A stretch of DNA of 59,600 nt, from positions 8,881,424 to 8,941,023 of the forward strand of contig NC_068982.1 in the NCBI RefSeq assembly GCF_001194135.2. The letters are read 5' to 3'. The notes below the pieces were generated by a model that had not been told where the DNA came from, searched no databases, and saw only the letters and a program-made list of their open reading frames with translations. A program made the position numbers and the translations under genes. Source of the stretch: Octopus bimaculoides (Eukaryota). Positions 36,837-49,439 of the stretch are shown in pieces. Within the stretch, counting starts at the first letter, position 1. The number at the start of each line of letters is the position of its first letter.

Positions 36837-37504
36837 NNNNNNNNNNNNNNNNNNNNNNNNNNNNNNNNNNNNNNNNNNNNNNNNNNNNNNNNNNNNNNNN
36901 NNNNNNNNNNNNNNNNNNNNNNNNNNNNNNNNNNNNNNNNNNNNNNNNNNNNNNNNNNNNNNNNNNNNNNNNNNNNNNNNNNNNNNNNNNNNNNNNNNNN
37001 NNNNNNNNNNNNNNNNNNNNNNNNNNNNNNNNNNNNNNNNNNNNNNNNNNNNNNNNNNNNNNNNNNNNNNNNNNNNNNNNNNNNNNNNNNNNNNNNNNNN
37101 NNNNNNNNNNNNNNNNNNNNNNNNNNNNNNNNNNNNNNNNNNNNNNNNNNNNNNNNNNNNNNNNNNNNNNNNNNNNNNNNNNNNNNNNNNNNNNNNNNNN
37201 NNNNNNNNNNNNNNNNNNNNNNNNNNNNNNNNNNNNNNNNNNNNNNATATATATATATATATAGATAGATATATATGACACACAACATTCGGATATATGT
37301 TTTGTTTTGTTTTTTAGGGGGGCCGGGTGTATAGTCGACCACGTCGCTTCCAGTGTTTCACTAATACGTATTTAATTAACCCCATAGTCGCCCTGGGCGG
37401 CAATTAAAATTTGAACGGAAAGACGGACGAAAAACGATAATTTTGGTCGGTCGTGCTAACGATTCTGCAAGTCAACTCGCCTTGCTGATGAATGGGTAAT
37501 GATG

Positions 37505-37830
37505 TCACCGGGCGAAATACTTAGCGGTATTCTGTCTGTTTTTACGTTCTGAGTTCAAATTCCGCCGAGGTCGACTTTGCCTTTCATCCTTTCGGGGTCG
37601 ATAAATTAAGTACCAGTTACGCACTGGGGTCGATGTAATCGACTTAATCCGTTCGTCTGTTCTTGTTTGTTCCCTCTATGTTTAGCCCCTTGTGGGCAAT
37701 AAAGATGTAAGAAACATTAGTACGCCGGGCGAAATATTCCATAAATTAAGGACCAGTTATGTGCTGAGGTCGATTTAATCGACTGGTATCCCTCCCAAAA
37801 GGTTTTGGGCCTTGTGACTAGAGTAGAAAA
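37505..37830 (+). mobile_element. SINE family A, dimeric form (second unit deleted)
   Basis: Monomer, linker CCCCTTGTGGGCAATAAAGATGTAAGAAACATTAGTACGCCGGGCGAAAT, then second tail. Confidence 0.85.
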
Positions 37831-38464
37831 GAGTCACACGTATAGCTTCTCATTTTCTCCTTTAAAACGATCAGGACAAATTGCATGAGTAACTGTCATT
37901 TTCTATCTGTATGTGTGTGTATTACACAGAACAGTTTCATATCTGAATACTTCATGGTAATGACGAAAGGTAGTGCTGTAGCAGTCGAGACTCTGTGATA
38001 AGTAAATCTGTTAGATTTTTGCTTAGCTCTCGCAAATATGAAGAAAAGATCTGACTTGCAAACGGCTATTCTATAATTGGAAATGAACTATTTTTCGAAC
38101 TCTAAAAATAGGATCCATGTTTTCTTTTCGTTTTGTAGTGTTGTTTCACCTAACGTTAGAATGATAAGCGGAATTAATCTAATGATTCATGAGTATTATG
38201 TAACTTGAGCAGGTGTGAAGGAATCTATTCCGTCATCTATACTGAGCGTGGATACAATCTCTTCAGTTTCTAGGTTAATAGGATTTATTCGTAATAACAC
38301 GGAAAGTTTTTGTTGTGTTTATATATTGGATGTAGACGAAGATTCGACTCCTCTGTAAACAATTTTCTCCATACTACAGATATAATCCTTACCTTGGGAC
38401 AGCGTTTTGAAAGTCTGCGTTATTCTACACTATATATATATATATTTTAACTTGGATTTGTTTA

Positions 38465-38856
38465 AGTCATTAAATTGCGGCCATGCTGGGGCACTACATA
38501 AAAAAAATTTTAGTCGAATGAATCGACATCAGTACATTCTCACTTTAAATCCTGGTACTTATTATATAGATCTCCTTTGCCGAATCGCTCTATGGGGACG
38601 TAAATAATGTAACACCGGTTGTCAAGCGGTGGTAGCATACATGCACACACACACACACACACACGCCCGCATGCACACGCACACACACACATATTTACGA
38701 CAGGCTTCTTTCAGCTTCCGTCTACCATATTCACTCACAAATCTTTGGGTGGCTCGAGGCAATAGTAGGAGATATTTGCTCAAGGTGCCACGCAGTGAGA
38801 CTGAACCCGGAAGAATGTAGTTGGGAAGCAAGCTTTTTACCACACAGCCATGCCTG
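38465..38856 (-). mobile_element. SINE family B
   Basis: GCGGCCATGCTGG..GACAGGCTTCTTTCAGCTTCCGTCTACC..ACCACACAGCCATGCCTG. Confidence 0.85.
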
Positions 38857-39340
38857 TACCTACCTGTATTTATTACTTGTTTTCCAACTTCTTATCTTGT
38901 TGCATTCTTTCCATCATATTCTAGTATCTAACATGAATAACGCATACGGGGTTTTATAAATAACTTTAAACAATTGCAAAAAATGTGATTGAATTATTTA
39001 GACCTATATATATATATATCATTTCATTTCACTGGCATATGTTTATGTAGCATTTTTTTTTTTTGCTTTGTATACAAATACAACAGTTTATTAGATTTTA
39101 TGTTGACACATATTGATTTCAAATGTTGGCAAAAGGCCTGGAATATCGGAGAAGTGAGTAAGTCCATCATATCAACCTCACTGTTAACTACAATGTATTT
39201 TATGGACACCGAAATGATTAAAAGCAAAGTCGACCTCAGCGGAATTTGAATTCAGAACATAAAGTCGAACAAAATGCCATTAAGAATTCTACTACCTCAC
39301 CTCTTTATATTGATATATATTAAACAATATTTGCCTTTCT

Positions 39341-39775
39341 AAGGCGGCGAGCTGGCAGAGTGGTTAGCACGCCGGGCGAAATGCTTAGCGGTATTTCGTC
39401 TACCGCTACGTTCTGAGTTTAAATTCCGCCGAGGCCGACTTTCCGTTTCATCCTTTCGGGGTCGATTAAATAAGTACCAGTTACGCACTGGTGTTGTAAT
39501 AATCGACTTAATTCCTTTGACTGTCCTTGTTTCTCCCTTCTACGTTTAGCCCCTTGTGGGCGATAAAGAAATAAGAAACGTCAGCACGCCGGGTGAAATG
39601 CTTAGCAATATATCGTCTGTCTTTACGTTCTGAGTTCAAATTTCGCCGAGGTCGATTTTGCCTTTCATCCTTTTGTGGTCGATAGATTAAGTATCAGTTA
39701 CGTACTGGGTTCGATCTAATCGACTGGCTCCCCTTTCCCAAAATTTCGGGCCTTGGGACTAGAGTAGAAAAGAAT
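39341..39775 (+). mobile_element. SINE family A, complete dimeric form
   Basis: AAGGCGGCGAGCTGGCAGAG.. monomer 1, linker, monomer 2 lacking the first ~20 nt, tail GGGCCTTGGGACTAGAGTAGAAAAGAAT. Confidence 0.9.
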
Positions 39776-40937
39776 ATTTTCCTTACTATTCTTGTTCGCC
39801 GGAATATTCTCCTCCAACATTTTCTGTTTCATTACTCAAATTTCAGTCGCAGATAGAAGTGTATCTCAGAGTACCAAATTTGAAGTTTCATGTTGTATAA
39901 ATTTCTGTGTTAACGTTCCTCATTCAGGTTAGATTACACTGATTTTTCTTCAGTGTTTGTCTCGCGTCTCAAGTATCTTCAAGCTAAGTTGATATGACAC
40001 GGTATTCGTGTAGCATATATTTGTCTGCTGGTGTATGTGTATATTCTAGTATTTGTGTTTGTTAATTCTTTAGATTTATCACGTTTTTATTGGATGTATG
40101 TAATAGCAAAGTTGGGATGGGCAATTTCAGAATTTTCTGCCAAATTTCTGCTGGGTTCGTGCCTTGCTATTCTTTTTCATTTCTTTTTTTTTTTCCTCCA
40201 TAACGATATGCTCCTATCGCATTTTTTTCTTACATCTATCAAAATGGCATTCTTTCTATCGTAAGAACTAAGAAATGTAAAATACATTTCGCCAAATAGT
40301 CAAGGAAAAACCCAAGCCAAATAGAACCAATAATATTCAAATATAAAACACTCAAAACACGATGAATTGAGTAAGGGCTGCAGGCGCCAGATTGAAAAGT
40401 GCATTGAACCACTCTAGGGCAGAAAAAACTTACGTCACTTGAGGTGAGGCTGCAAAGAGAAGTAGTAAAGAAATGTTCAATGCATGCACTTATGAGTGAG
40501 GAACTGCTGCTGATCGGTCAGAGCATGGTAAAAATAAATGTCCCCACGATACCACTAAAAGTAGATATCTTCTTGTTTGTGGCGGCCGTAATATATAGCA
40601 TAGACAAAATATAAGAGGAGTGGGTGCATGGAAGAGACAGAGAGAGAGAGTAAAATCAGCCGAATTACAAACAGCTGGAGATTGAAACTGTATACATACT
40701 CGATCAAATTAAATCATTGTTTCTATTATTTTATATTTCATCTCAGATGCTTCCACAGATGTCTATTTAATGTACGGGATTTAATACGAAATGTGTAGCA
40801 TTAGCAATAATGGTAGCACACGTTTGGAATTATAGATATATCTAGAGAAAATATTGTTAGAAAATTACTATTTTTAAATCTCACAACGAGAGATATTCAG
40901 CAACAGTACTTTGGAGTAAAGATCGTTTGCTAACATA

Positions 40938-41075
40938 ACGAATGTTGCTGTAGTTTAGCCCCAGGCGACATCGTCTCCATCTGGTGTCCTTATATTTTCG
41001 AACAAGGGACACAGATCGTGTCGCATAGCCAGCTGGAGACGATGTCTCCTGGGGCGAAATTACAGCAATATTCGT
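40938..41075. mobile_element. 138 bp hairpin MITE-like element with 47 bp TIRs
   Basis: ACGAATGTTGCTGTAGTTTAGCCCCAGGCGACATCGTCTCCATCTGG versus the reverse complement of CCAGCTGGAGACGATGTCTCCTGGGGCGAAATTACAGCAATATTCGT. Confidence 0.85.
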
Positions 41076-41874
41076 CCGAAATCAGGACTGCCATGTTATG
41101 TTGGCAAACAATCTTTACTCCGAATCAATCTGCATTCGTATTTTCTTTATCCACTTTTTATGTCGAGCCTCTTTTTATAAGGCGCCTCTTTCAAATGAAT
41201 ATTATTCTCCCGTTGTTAAGTATTTTAATACTGTAATTTCAGGAACAGGATTTACCTTTCATTGCAATGTATCACTAAAGTTAATAAAACTCAGAAGGAA
41301 TTTATAATCAGAAAAAAAAAATGATAATGCATCGAACTGTTGCGTTGACGTTTGACCTTATAAATATTGCAAATAAATCCATTTCATACGCCATGATTAA
41401 ATATGATACATTGAAAAATAACAGGGCTATTGATATACGATGTCTGAATGAATGGGAACACATTTGGTGATATTTCTTATGAATTAGATTTGACCAACGA
41501 AAATTAACACCGAATCGAATAACGAACCGAATTCGAAATATTGTAAATTTTAAATTCAAAAGTTTTATGGTTGTATTAATAATTGGTTGTTATTGTTTAG
41601 ACCTTTTTTGTTTTACTGGAGTAAACCTATTATGAAAGGCTTGCTAGACGAGTGTATCTATATTACTGAGTATCTATATACCAAATTGGAGGATTTATAA
41701 ATTAGGGCATGTATAACTGAATTTCATTGCAATATTTAGTTGATTGACAGACTATGCAGGGAGCCTCAAATTTGATTAGAAAAAAAAGGTAGATATTTTT
41801 GCACGCCGATGCCTAAAAATAATTCCCGACAAACTTAATCACATTCGGTTCCTAATACAAAAATGTTTGTTTCA

Positions 41875-42075
41875 AATGTTGGTACAACACCTGCAATTTT
41901 GGTGAAGAACTAAATCGACTACATCGACCGCAATACGCATCTGATACATATTTTATCGACTTTGAGAGAATGAAAGACAAGGTCGACCTCGGCAGAATTT
42001 CAACTCAAACGATAAAGATGGACGGCGGCCAAGTGTTTTGCCATGGGTGCTAATGTTTCTGCCAGCTTGTCGCCT
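41875..42075 (-). mobile_element. SINE family A, degenerate copy
   Basis: ACATCGACC..GGTCGACCTCGGCAGAATTTCAACTC..TGCCAGCTTGTCGCCTT. Confidence 0.75.
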
Positions 42076-42716
42076 TCCTAATATCAAAATTAACCATTTA
42101 TTATACGTGAGTGATATTTTCATTTTCGAAAATGAATTCGCGCTCTTGTGAAGTGTAGTTTTAATTATTCACCAGTAATATTTGTGACATCAAGTTCGTA
42201 AGCACATGCTTATTATATCTATCTATCTAACTTTTACACAGACATATACACGCACGTGCACACAGACACGCAGACACATACACACATGCGCGCGCGCCGC
42301 ATACATATATTTGTTTGTTTTGTTGGTTAATGAAGCTACCATAGTTTTCATGCTAAGACTTCTTCGCAATTAACAAGCCTACCACATGGAATGTTGGTAT
42401 TCGTTTCTATCATGGATGAAAATACAGCGACGCTACACGAGATTATCCGGGATCTGGGAACGACTGTTTCGCTCTTTTCGATGTACGAACGTGCAGTTGT
42501 CGTACCATATGAGATGCATATTCATGGAATCAGCGTGCAGTATGGTTCTCTATTCTATAGACACGTATACTAGAGTATACTTCATTCGACGAACTTTTTA
42601 TACAATTCTCCTCAGTCGAATTTCAATCAATAGCATTGCAATGTCACTGGTACAAGAATTTATAAGATGAATGGAAGTCGGAACAAATCAGGCAGAAGTA
42701 TATAATATATTATAAC

Positions 42717-42747
<31 letters not shown>

Positions 42748-44342
42748 AAGAGAGATCGATGTATATATATATTTGTATGTATGTGCATGTATGTAAATGA
42801 TTGAGTTCTTCATGGTATACAAATGTCGATTTGACGTTGAGATTTTTCCCTTATAAAAGAAATTAAGAAAATTAGATTTAAACGAAAAAAGCAACAAAAT
42901 CAAAATACAATATAATATCATCTCTTAGCAAACATCATATTTTGAGATTAACTTAGGAGTATAAAATGTAAGACTCTATTCACATTTAATAAGACGAAGT
43001 TCATATTTCTTTTATCCTTTCTTGTAATTCCCCTCGCTTTATTTTTAATTTCCATTTTATGTATTTTTAGGCTTCTTTCTTTATTCACTGGTTCCTTGTT
43101 ATTTTTTGTTTCGTTGCGTCTTCATTTGTTTTTTTTATTATTTATTTATAGCACTCCTATTCATTTTCTTTCTTCTGCCCTACTTCAAACATTTATAGTC
43201 ATGTTTGTGTAATTCTATATATTTGTTTTCCTTTTCCGTTTTCTCTCTGCTATTATTTACTTCAATTACGTTGCCCCATCGTTTTCTTCAATTTCATTTT
43301 TCTTTTTTCTTTACTTTCAGCCTTCTCTTTTCTTTACTTTCAGCCTTCTCTTTTCCTATGTTTGTTACTTTCATTCTTACTTTTCTTTTCTACCCGTTAT
43401 ATTGTTTGCACGCTTCAAATTTATCCGCCAATGTCCCATAGAAACTGCAGACTGCGTATTATTTCTTATGCTTCAGTAGAACAATGTCTAGAGCTAAGGT
43501 AATTCGCATTGTTCAGTGTAAAACGTTAAAACTAATGGTTTGTTACTGAGGCATAAAATATGACGAACATCTAGGCAAACATTTGACCTGCTAAAAATAT
43601 GAACCTAATCTCTCTCAAATCATACCCTACTATACTAAACATAATGTATTCCTGGGAAGCAGAATAATATATTCCTGGGAATCAAAATGGAATGATGGTC
43701 ACAATTGGAATGCTTTTGACCATTAGTCTACCCTATTCCAATTGACCAACAATTACAACAGCAACAACAATATCTACAACACTTAAATAAATTCAATTTT
43801 GGGGGGAATGGCATATTTTGGTATTCATGTATACCAGCCGGTTCTCTCAACCGATTTTCCGATCGCTAACGACTAAATCTGGAAATAGCGAAATAATAAA
43901 TATTGGAAAATGATGATCATCATTTATAGAGATTTATTGTCTCCACTCTGCTCCAGTTCAAGAATGTCAGAACTTTTCAAGAATTTCCACAGCAGTTCAG
44001 TCCCAGTTTTAATCATTCTAGTTGCTCTACTTTAAGAACGCATATATAATGTTACCTCGTAGTAATACAACACGACACAGTTTTGAGAAATATGCATAGT
44101 CGAATAGTTCAGTACTGGCAATTGTTTCGTTTGGATGTAAAGAGACTAATCTTTCTATCACTTGACGGCTTAGGAATAGTACTGATCTATGTGAGAAAAA
44201 TTCTGCTAACTATAAACCCCTATTTTTGGACAATAAACATCAAATCCTATGAGTCATATCTGAAATATATAAGTGGCCCACTTGAAATGTAAACATTTTT
44301 CATTCAGTCCTTTATACACACACACACACACACACACACACT

Positions 44343-44725
44343 TTTATTTGTTTCATTCATTTGACTGCCGCCATGCTGGAGTATCGCCTTTAGTCGAACA
44401 AATCGACCACAGGGCTTACTCTTCGTAAGCCTAGTACTTATTCCAATTATCTCTTTTACCAAAGGGCTAGGTTGTGGAGACGTAAACACACCAACATCGG
44501 TTGTCAAGCGATGGTGGGGGTACAAACACAGACACAAACGTATACACATACATACATACATATATACGATGGGTGTCTTTCATTTTCCATCTACCAAATC
44601 CACTCACAAGGCTTTGGTTGGCCCGCAGCTATAGTAGAAGACACTTGCCCAAGGTGCGAAGCAGTGGGACTGAACCCGGAACCATGTTGATAAGCAAGCT
44701 ACTTATCACACAACCATTCCTGCGC
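44343..44725 (-). mobile_element. SINE family B, full length
   Basis: TTTGACTGCCGCCATGCTGGAG..GGGACTGAACCCGGAACCATG..CCATTCCTGCGC. Confidence 0.85.
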
Positions 44726-47139
44726 TTATATATATATATATATATATAATGTATGTATTGGGAAAAATCCTTTTATTTCTTCATTATTATTAGCGCTTTC
44801 GTTGACAAGTTCTAGAAGGGATCCAATACGCTAATAATAGAAGGAATTTTTTCCCAAATTTTGACAACTTTTTTTTCAATATTCAATTTCTGTACATCAC
44901 ACCTAACACTCTATACATACATGTATTATATGCACACACACATACATTCGCACGAGTAGAAAAACAAATAAACACATGTAGGCTTGGAACGCATATTTAC
45001 ATGGGAGGCAATTTACAGATTACGGTATAAAGAAAACACGACAAAACAATAGAATCTTGAAACAGCTGCCGAGATAAAACTTTATAATTATTTTCTACTA
45101 TTCCCTTTATTCTGTATTTCGTAATTTTTACTCCATGTAAACATAAGTCTGAAGCCTACCAGTGTTTATATGCATTCCTACTTCCAGAACGGCTCTACAG
45201 GTATTGTTCTTATAACTAACTTTCGACGCAGGGGCACCAGCCCTGGATGATGAGGTATATCTTAGTACATATAACACGGAATAGCGTTATCTATACTTAT
45301 GTTGCTGTCACCTGCTCACTACCTGTGTGGGTGTGTGTGTGTGTGTGTGTGCATACTCTGTAATATGTAAAAATTACCGAAACCGAAACTTAATATATTT
45401 TCTGACATTATTGTTGGTGGAAAAGTATACGTAAACTAGATGCGTTATAAAATTTTAATTAAAAAATTTTAAAGAACTGCTTTCAAATCACAGTAGGATC
45501 AACATTGCTTTACTCTTATTTAAGTGTAGTTAGCACACAAAACGAGATCGATAATCACTAATATTGCTTTAATAAATTCTGTTCCTATACTAATACGCGA
45601 AATATATATTGTTGTGCAACATCTTGTTTCACGATGTTCCCGCTAAATGGGATTTTAATATATATAAAGGTTAACCTTAATAGCTAACCGTGCAAAATAA
45701 ATTATAAAGATTTACAGTGTTTACTTAAATCATACTTTGTTCATTTAATCGGTGGTTTTTCTTGTTGGCGTTGTGCATACTTTTTCATATTTTCTTCGTT
45801 ACTCTTCCGTTTTAAAACTTGATTTAATTTACTTTCCTAAGCATTTTTAATTTAAATGATATCTAACTTTAGTTGTCATATTTCAGCATGGTATTGTTAA
45901 TGAAAATAGTTACATAACAAGTAGCTAAAAACCTAGTTTCTAAGATAAAGTAGGGGAATCTGGTTAGATTTTTATAATTAGCCGGTTAATATGTTTATTT
46001 ATGTGTCATAAGCACACAATTTGACAAAACAACTGGTAAAATGATTGCGGAATTATGGCGTGTATAACCATAGTAATAGATACTGCCGAAACGTGGTAAA
46101 AGCTACTAGTATTATGAACCTATCCCCATAAACCAGTACATATACAAAGTCGCCTTTCAGTGCTCTTCCATATAAGGACCAGACACTTGAAATTTAAATA
46201 TTGTAAGTCGGGCATTTAGTGCCGAATTGGGCAACCGGAATCATTAATTTTTTTTTTTCCTCTTTCGCTAATTCAAGTAGGTATGCGAGATATTTTATCT
46301 TTTATCTTTCTAATGTTGAATGTCCTTGGCAACGAATGAATACTTTATCAAACATTTGGCCAAATATAAAAGGAAGTTTTTTTTTATTAGTTTTATTTTA
46401 TTGAGTGATCTTCACCAATTTTTTTGTTTATTTTGCATTCTTCAACAAAGAAGATTTCGTATTTCGTGTAATTATTTTCGGCTGAAGACAGGTAACGTAC
46501 TAATAAAACTTCTTTATTTTTCGAATCTGTGAAAATACTTATATGAGTAAGCTGGCCTTATTTAATCAATGGCATCGATTATTTCCAGCTATATTTGCTT
46601 GTTTTTGCTTTAAGGTGTTCCAAGCGTATTTTTGTCTTCACGTCATTAATGCACTAGTTGATGTAAAGTGTTTGACCTATGTCAATTACAAAGGAAATGA
46701 TCCGTTGGACCGTATACAGATATATATGTAAGAAGTATTGATTGAGTTTACGTAGGATCGTATTTATTTTACTTTGTGTAGATCTGCATATAATGAAAGT
46801 GGTTTCTTCCGTAATGCATTCTCATATGTGTTTGCACATTCACACGTGCCCTTCAGACATATGCTCTATAAAAGTATTTGTAACATTATATACATAACTA
46901 TATGTTCAACTGGATGCGATATATACTTGAATATTAACGTATCATTATTTAAGATGAAAATGAAATATGTTTCTAGAAAGGCACAGTAAATCATTCAACG
47001 ATACATTATCTGTGGCATAACTCGAAGCCTAAATAACATTCAAACAAGTCTGAACTTCCTCGGACATGTTTGAATGTATATGGGTGGATGGACAAACGAA
47101 AGAGAGAGGCACTCAACACATTTAGTAGGGAGTTACATA

Positions 47140-47322
47140 TTTTGGCACAAGGCCAGAGGGCCTAAGTCAATTACATCGAAACTGGTGCTCGTTTGATCAA
47201 CTACGAAACGATTAACGGCAGAGTCGACTTTGGCGGAATTTGAACGCAGATCGTACAAACTGACGAAATACGGTTAAGCATTTCGCCCGACGTGCTAATG
47301 GCTCTGCCAGCTCTCCGCCTTA
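47140..47322 (-). mobile_element. SINE family A (another fragment at 47495-47660)
   Basis: GTCGACTTTGGCGGAATTTGAAC..GCATTTCGCCCGACGTGCTAATGGCTCTGCCAGCTCTCCGCCTT. Confidence 0.8.
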
Positions 47323-47707
47323 GCTGGTTCCGGCACCAGGCCACTGATAGTTTCGTTGGCTTCTTATAGAAACTTAACTCGCTGGGCTCAGTAAACCGAA
47401 TAACCGAATCGGTTAGCAGATCCCTACGAATCCTACAAAAGATTAAGTCACATCGGACCGAATGAAACTGTTTTAATAATGCTTTCGAATTTTGACAAAA
47501 GGCCAACAAGGGGGAGCCTGTACTTCGACCCCAGGGCAAACTGTACTTAATTTAACGACAACGAAAGGATTAAAGGCAAAGTCTTCCTCCGCGGGATTTG
47601 AACTCAGAACGTAAAAACGGACGAAATGTCGCTAAGCATTTTGTCTGGCATGCTAACAATCTCACGAATTCTCCACCTTTCTTTTAGTTAATAATAATAA
47701 TAATAAT

Positions 47708-48070
47708 GGAAGCTCTGTGGAAATCATGGCCTACAAAGAGCAAAGACATGGTAAAATAAAACCCCAGAAGGAGTCACCGTGAATGAGATTTGCAAAATCC
47801 TTTGGGATGCAATGATTCAGTGTGATCACCTGACCAGACATCGGAAACCGGACGTTGTTGTGTTCGATAAAAAAGAAAGAACATGCATGATACCTGACAC
47901 AGCATGTCCCGGTGACAACAGGTTCAACGTGAAAGAAAAAGAAAGAATAAACAATCATGACAATTTAAAGTGGGAAATATGAAGGTTGTGGTCAATGAAG
48001 AGAGTAGACGTGATAACAGTAATTGGTGCAGTTGGAGTTATCAGCACTCAACTACGAATATGGCTGAAAA
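47708..48070 (+). mobile_element. Decayed non-LTR retrotransposon, restriction-like endonuclease (RLE) domain; R4/NeSL/HERO/CRE-type group, clade unresolved
   Basis: HGLQRAKTW*..PEGVTVNEICKILWDAMIQCDHLTRHRKPDVVVFDKKERTCMIPDTACPGD..KEKERI..LKWEI*RLWSMKRV..VIGAVG, matching the R.PD..D..K..K RLE pattern. Confidence 0.85.
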
Positions 48071-48083
48071 AAGATCGCTGCAA

Positions 48084-48124
<41 letters not shown>

Positions 48125-48148
48125 TCACTGCTTGGAAACGAACTCGGA

Positions 48149-48385
48149 AGCGCATATGGTGTAGTGGTTAAGAGTGCGGGCTACTAACCCTAAGATTTCG
48201 AGTTCGATTCCAGGCAGTGACCTAATAATAATAATAATAATAATATCGAAAAATACCTTAGGAATGAGAACCCACGTTCGAAATTTCCCCAAGACACCTG
48301 ATGAGGGCTGGAGGGTATACAAGCCGAAACGTTGTGTTAACAACAAACAAGACGAGGACACATATCCGCCAAATGTAAATAAATG
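48149..48385 (+). mobile_element. tRNA-headed short element with (TAA)n spacer and hammerhead ribozyme
   Basis: A-box TGGTGTAGTGG at 48157, B-box GTTCGATTC at 48202, (TAA)n at 48223-48244, HHR at 48293-48338. Confidence 0.8.
48293..48338 (+). ncRNA. Minimal type I hammerhead ribozyme with palindromic AACGTT stem III
   Basis: GACAC-CTGATGA-g-GGCT..AGCC-GAAA-CG-TT-GTGTT; predicted cleavage after 48333. Confidence 0.8.
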
Positions 48386-49002
48386 GTATAGTAACTTCAG
48401 AAGTTCAACTCATACCAGAAAAAATCGAACACTTGGTTATATTTTGCAGTGGCCTACAATTTTTGTGATACCCTTGAGATAATCGCTATGGAAATGAATA
48501 TAGTTTGTACTTGCTATATGCTTATGTATAAACGCAATGTGTGTGTGTTTGTGTTTGTGTCTTAGCTCAAACTATATCATATTGTGTGCTGTCAGTTTAT
48601 TTTTATCGCTCGTTTATATCCTTGCCATATATTCCGTTTCATAACACCATTTTCTAACGAAATAAAAGCAATAACGTTTTAGTAATGGCATTTGTGAAAA
48701 TAGTACGTTTTATAAATACTTATTTCTATTAAAATCTCTGTAAAATTCTTTCCTTATATTACACAAACACAGTCTTTTTCCGACTTTGTTTTATTGCTAA
48801 CAGAGTTAAAAGTCACTTTTGAATTCGTTACATAATTCTCAATAATTCAATTATGTCTTCAATTTTGCTTCATAAACACTGTTCTACGAAGGTTAACGTG
48901 TGGCGTCCAGTTTCAGTCTTGTTTAAAATGTGAGTGTGAAGCTTGATACTCCATGTTGAAGATTTCACTTACGACTGGAATTCATTTCCATTTTTAAACT
49001 CT

Positions 49003-49237
49003 TTTACTCTTTTACTTGTTTCAGTCATTTGACTGCGGCCATGCTGGTGCACCACCTTTAGTCGAGCAAATTGATCCCAGGACTTTGTCAGCCATATTCG
49101 TAGTTGAGTGCTGATAATTCCAACACTTTGTAAGTCTAGTACTTATTCTATCGGTCTCTTTTGCCGAACCGCTGGATTACGGGGACGTAAACACATCAGC
49201 ATCGGTTGTCAAGCAATGTTGGGGGACAAACACACAG

Positions 49238-49276
<39 letters not shown>

Positions 49277-49439
49277 CGACGGGCTTCTTTCAGTTTCCGT
49301 CTACCAAATCCACTCACAAGGCTTTGGTCGGCCGAGGCTATAGTAGAAGACACTTGCCCAAGGTGCCACGCAGTGGGACTGAACCTGGATCCATGTGGTT
49401 GGTAAGCAAGCTACTTACCACACAGCCACTCCTACGCCT
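49003..49439 (-). mobile_element. SINE family B, full length, carrying a 37 nt foreign insertion at 49088-49124
   Basis: Collinear with other B copies except for the insert between duplicated CTTTGT. Confidence 0.9.

Noticed and set aside
42386-42670. Overlapping short ORFs in a GC-richer unique patch (MDENTATLHEIIRDLGTTV..)
   Set aside because: No recognisable domain or convincing splice pair; cannot be called an exon without RNA-seq or homology.
43309-43354. 23 bp tandem duplication; similar small duplications at 16127-16180 and 56625-56680
   Set aside because: Ordinary slippage duplications; not spacer-separated arrays, so not CRISPR-like.
46045-46092. GGC..GTAT/ATAC..GCC-GAAACGTGGTA looks like the 3' half of a hammerhead
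   Set aside because: No recognisable CUGANGA upstream.
48149-48222. tRNA-like sequence with apparent ACT anticodon
   Set aside because: The acceptor stem does not pair and the arms are incomplete; treated as a SINE head, not a tRNA gene.
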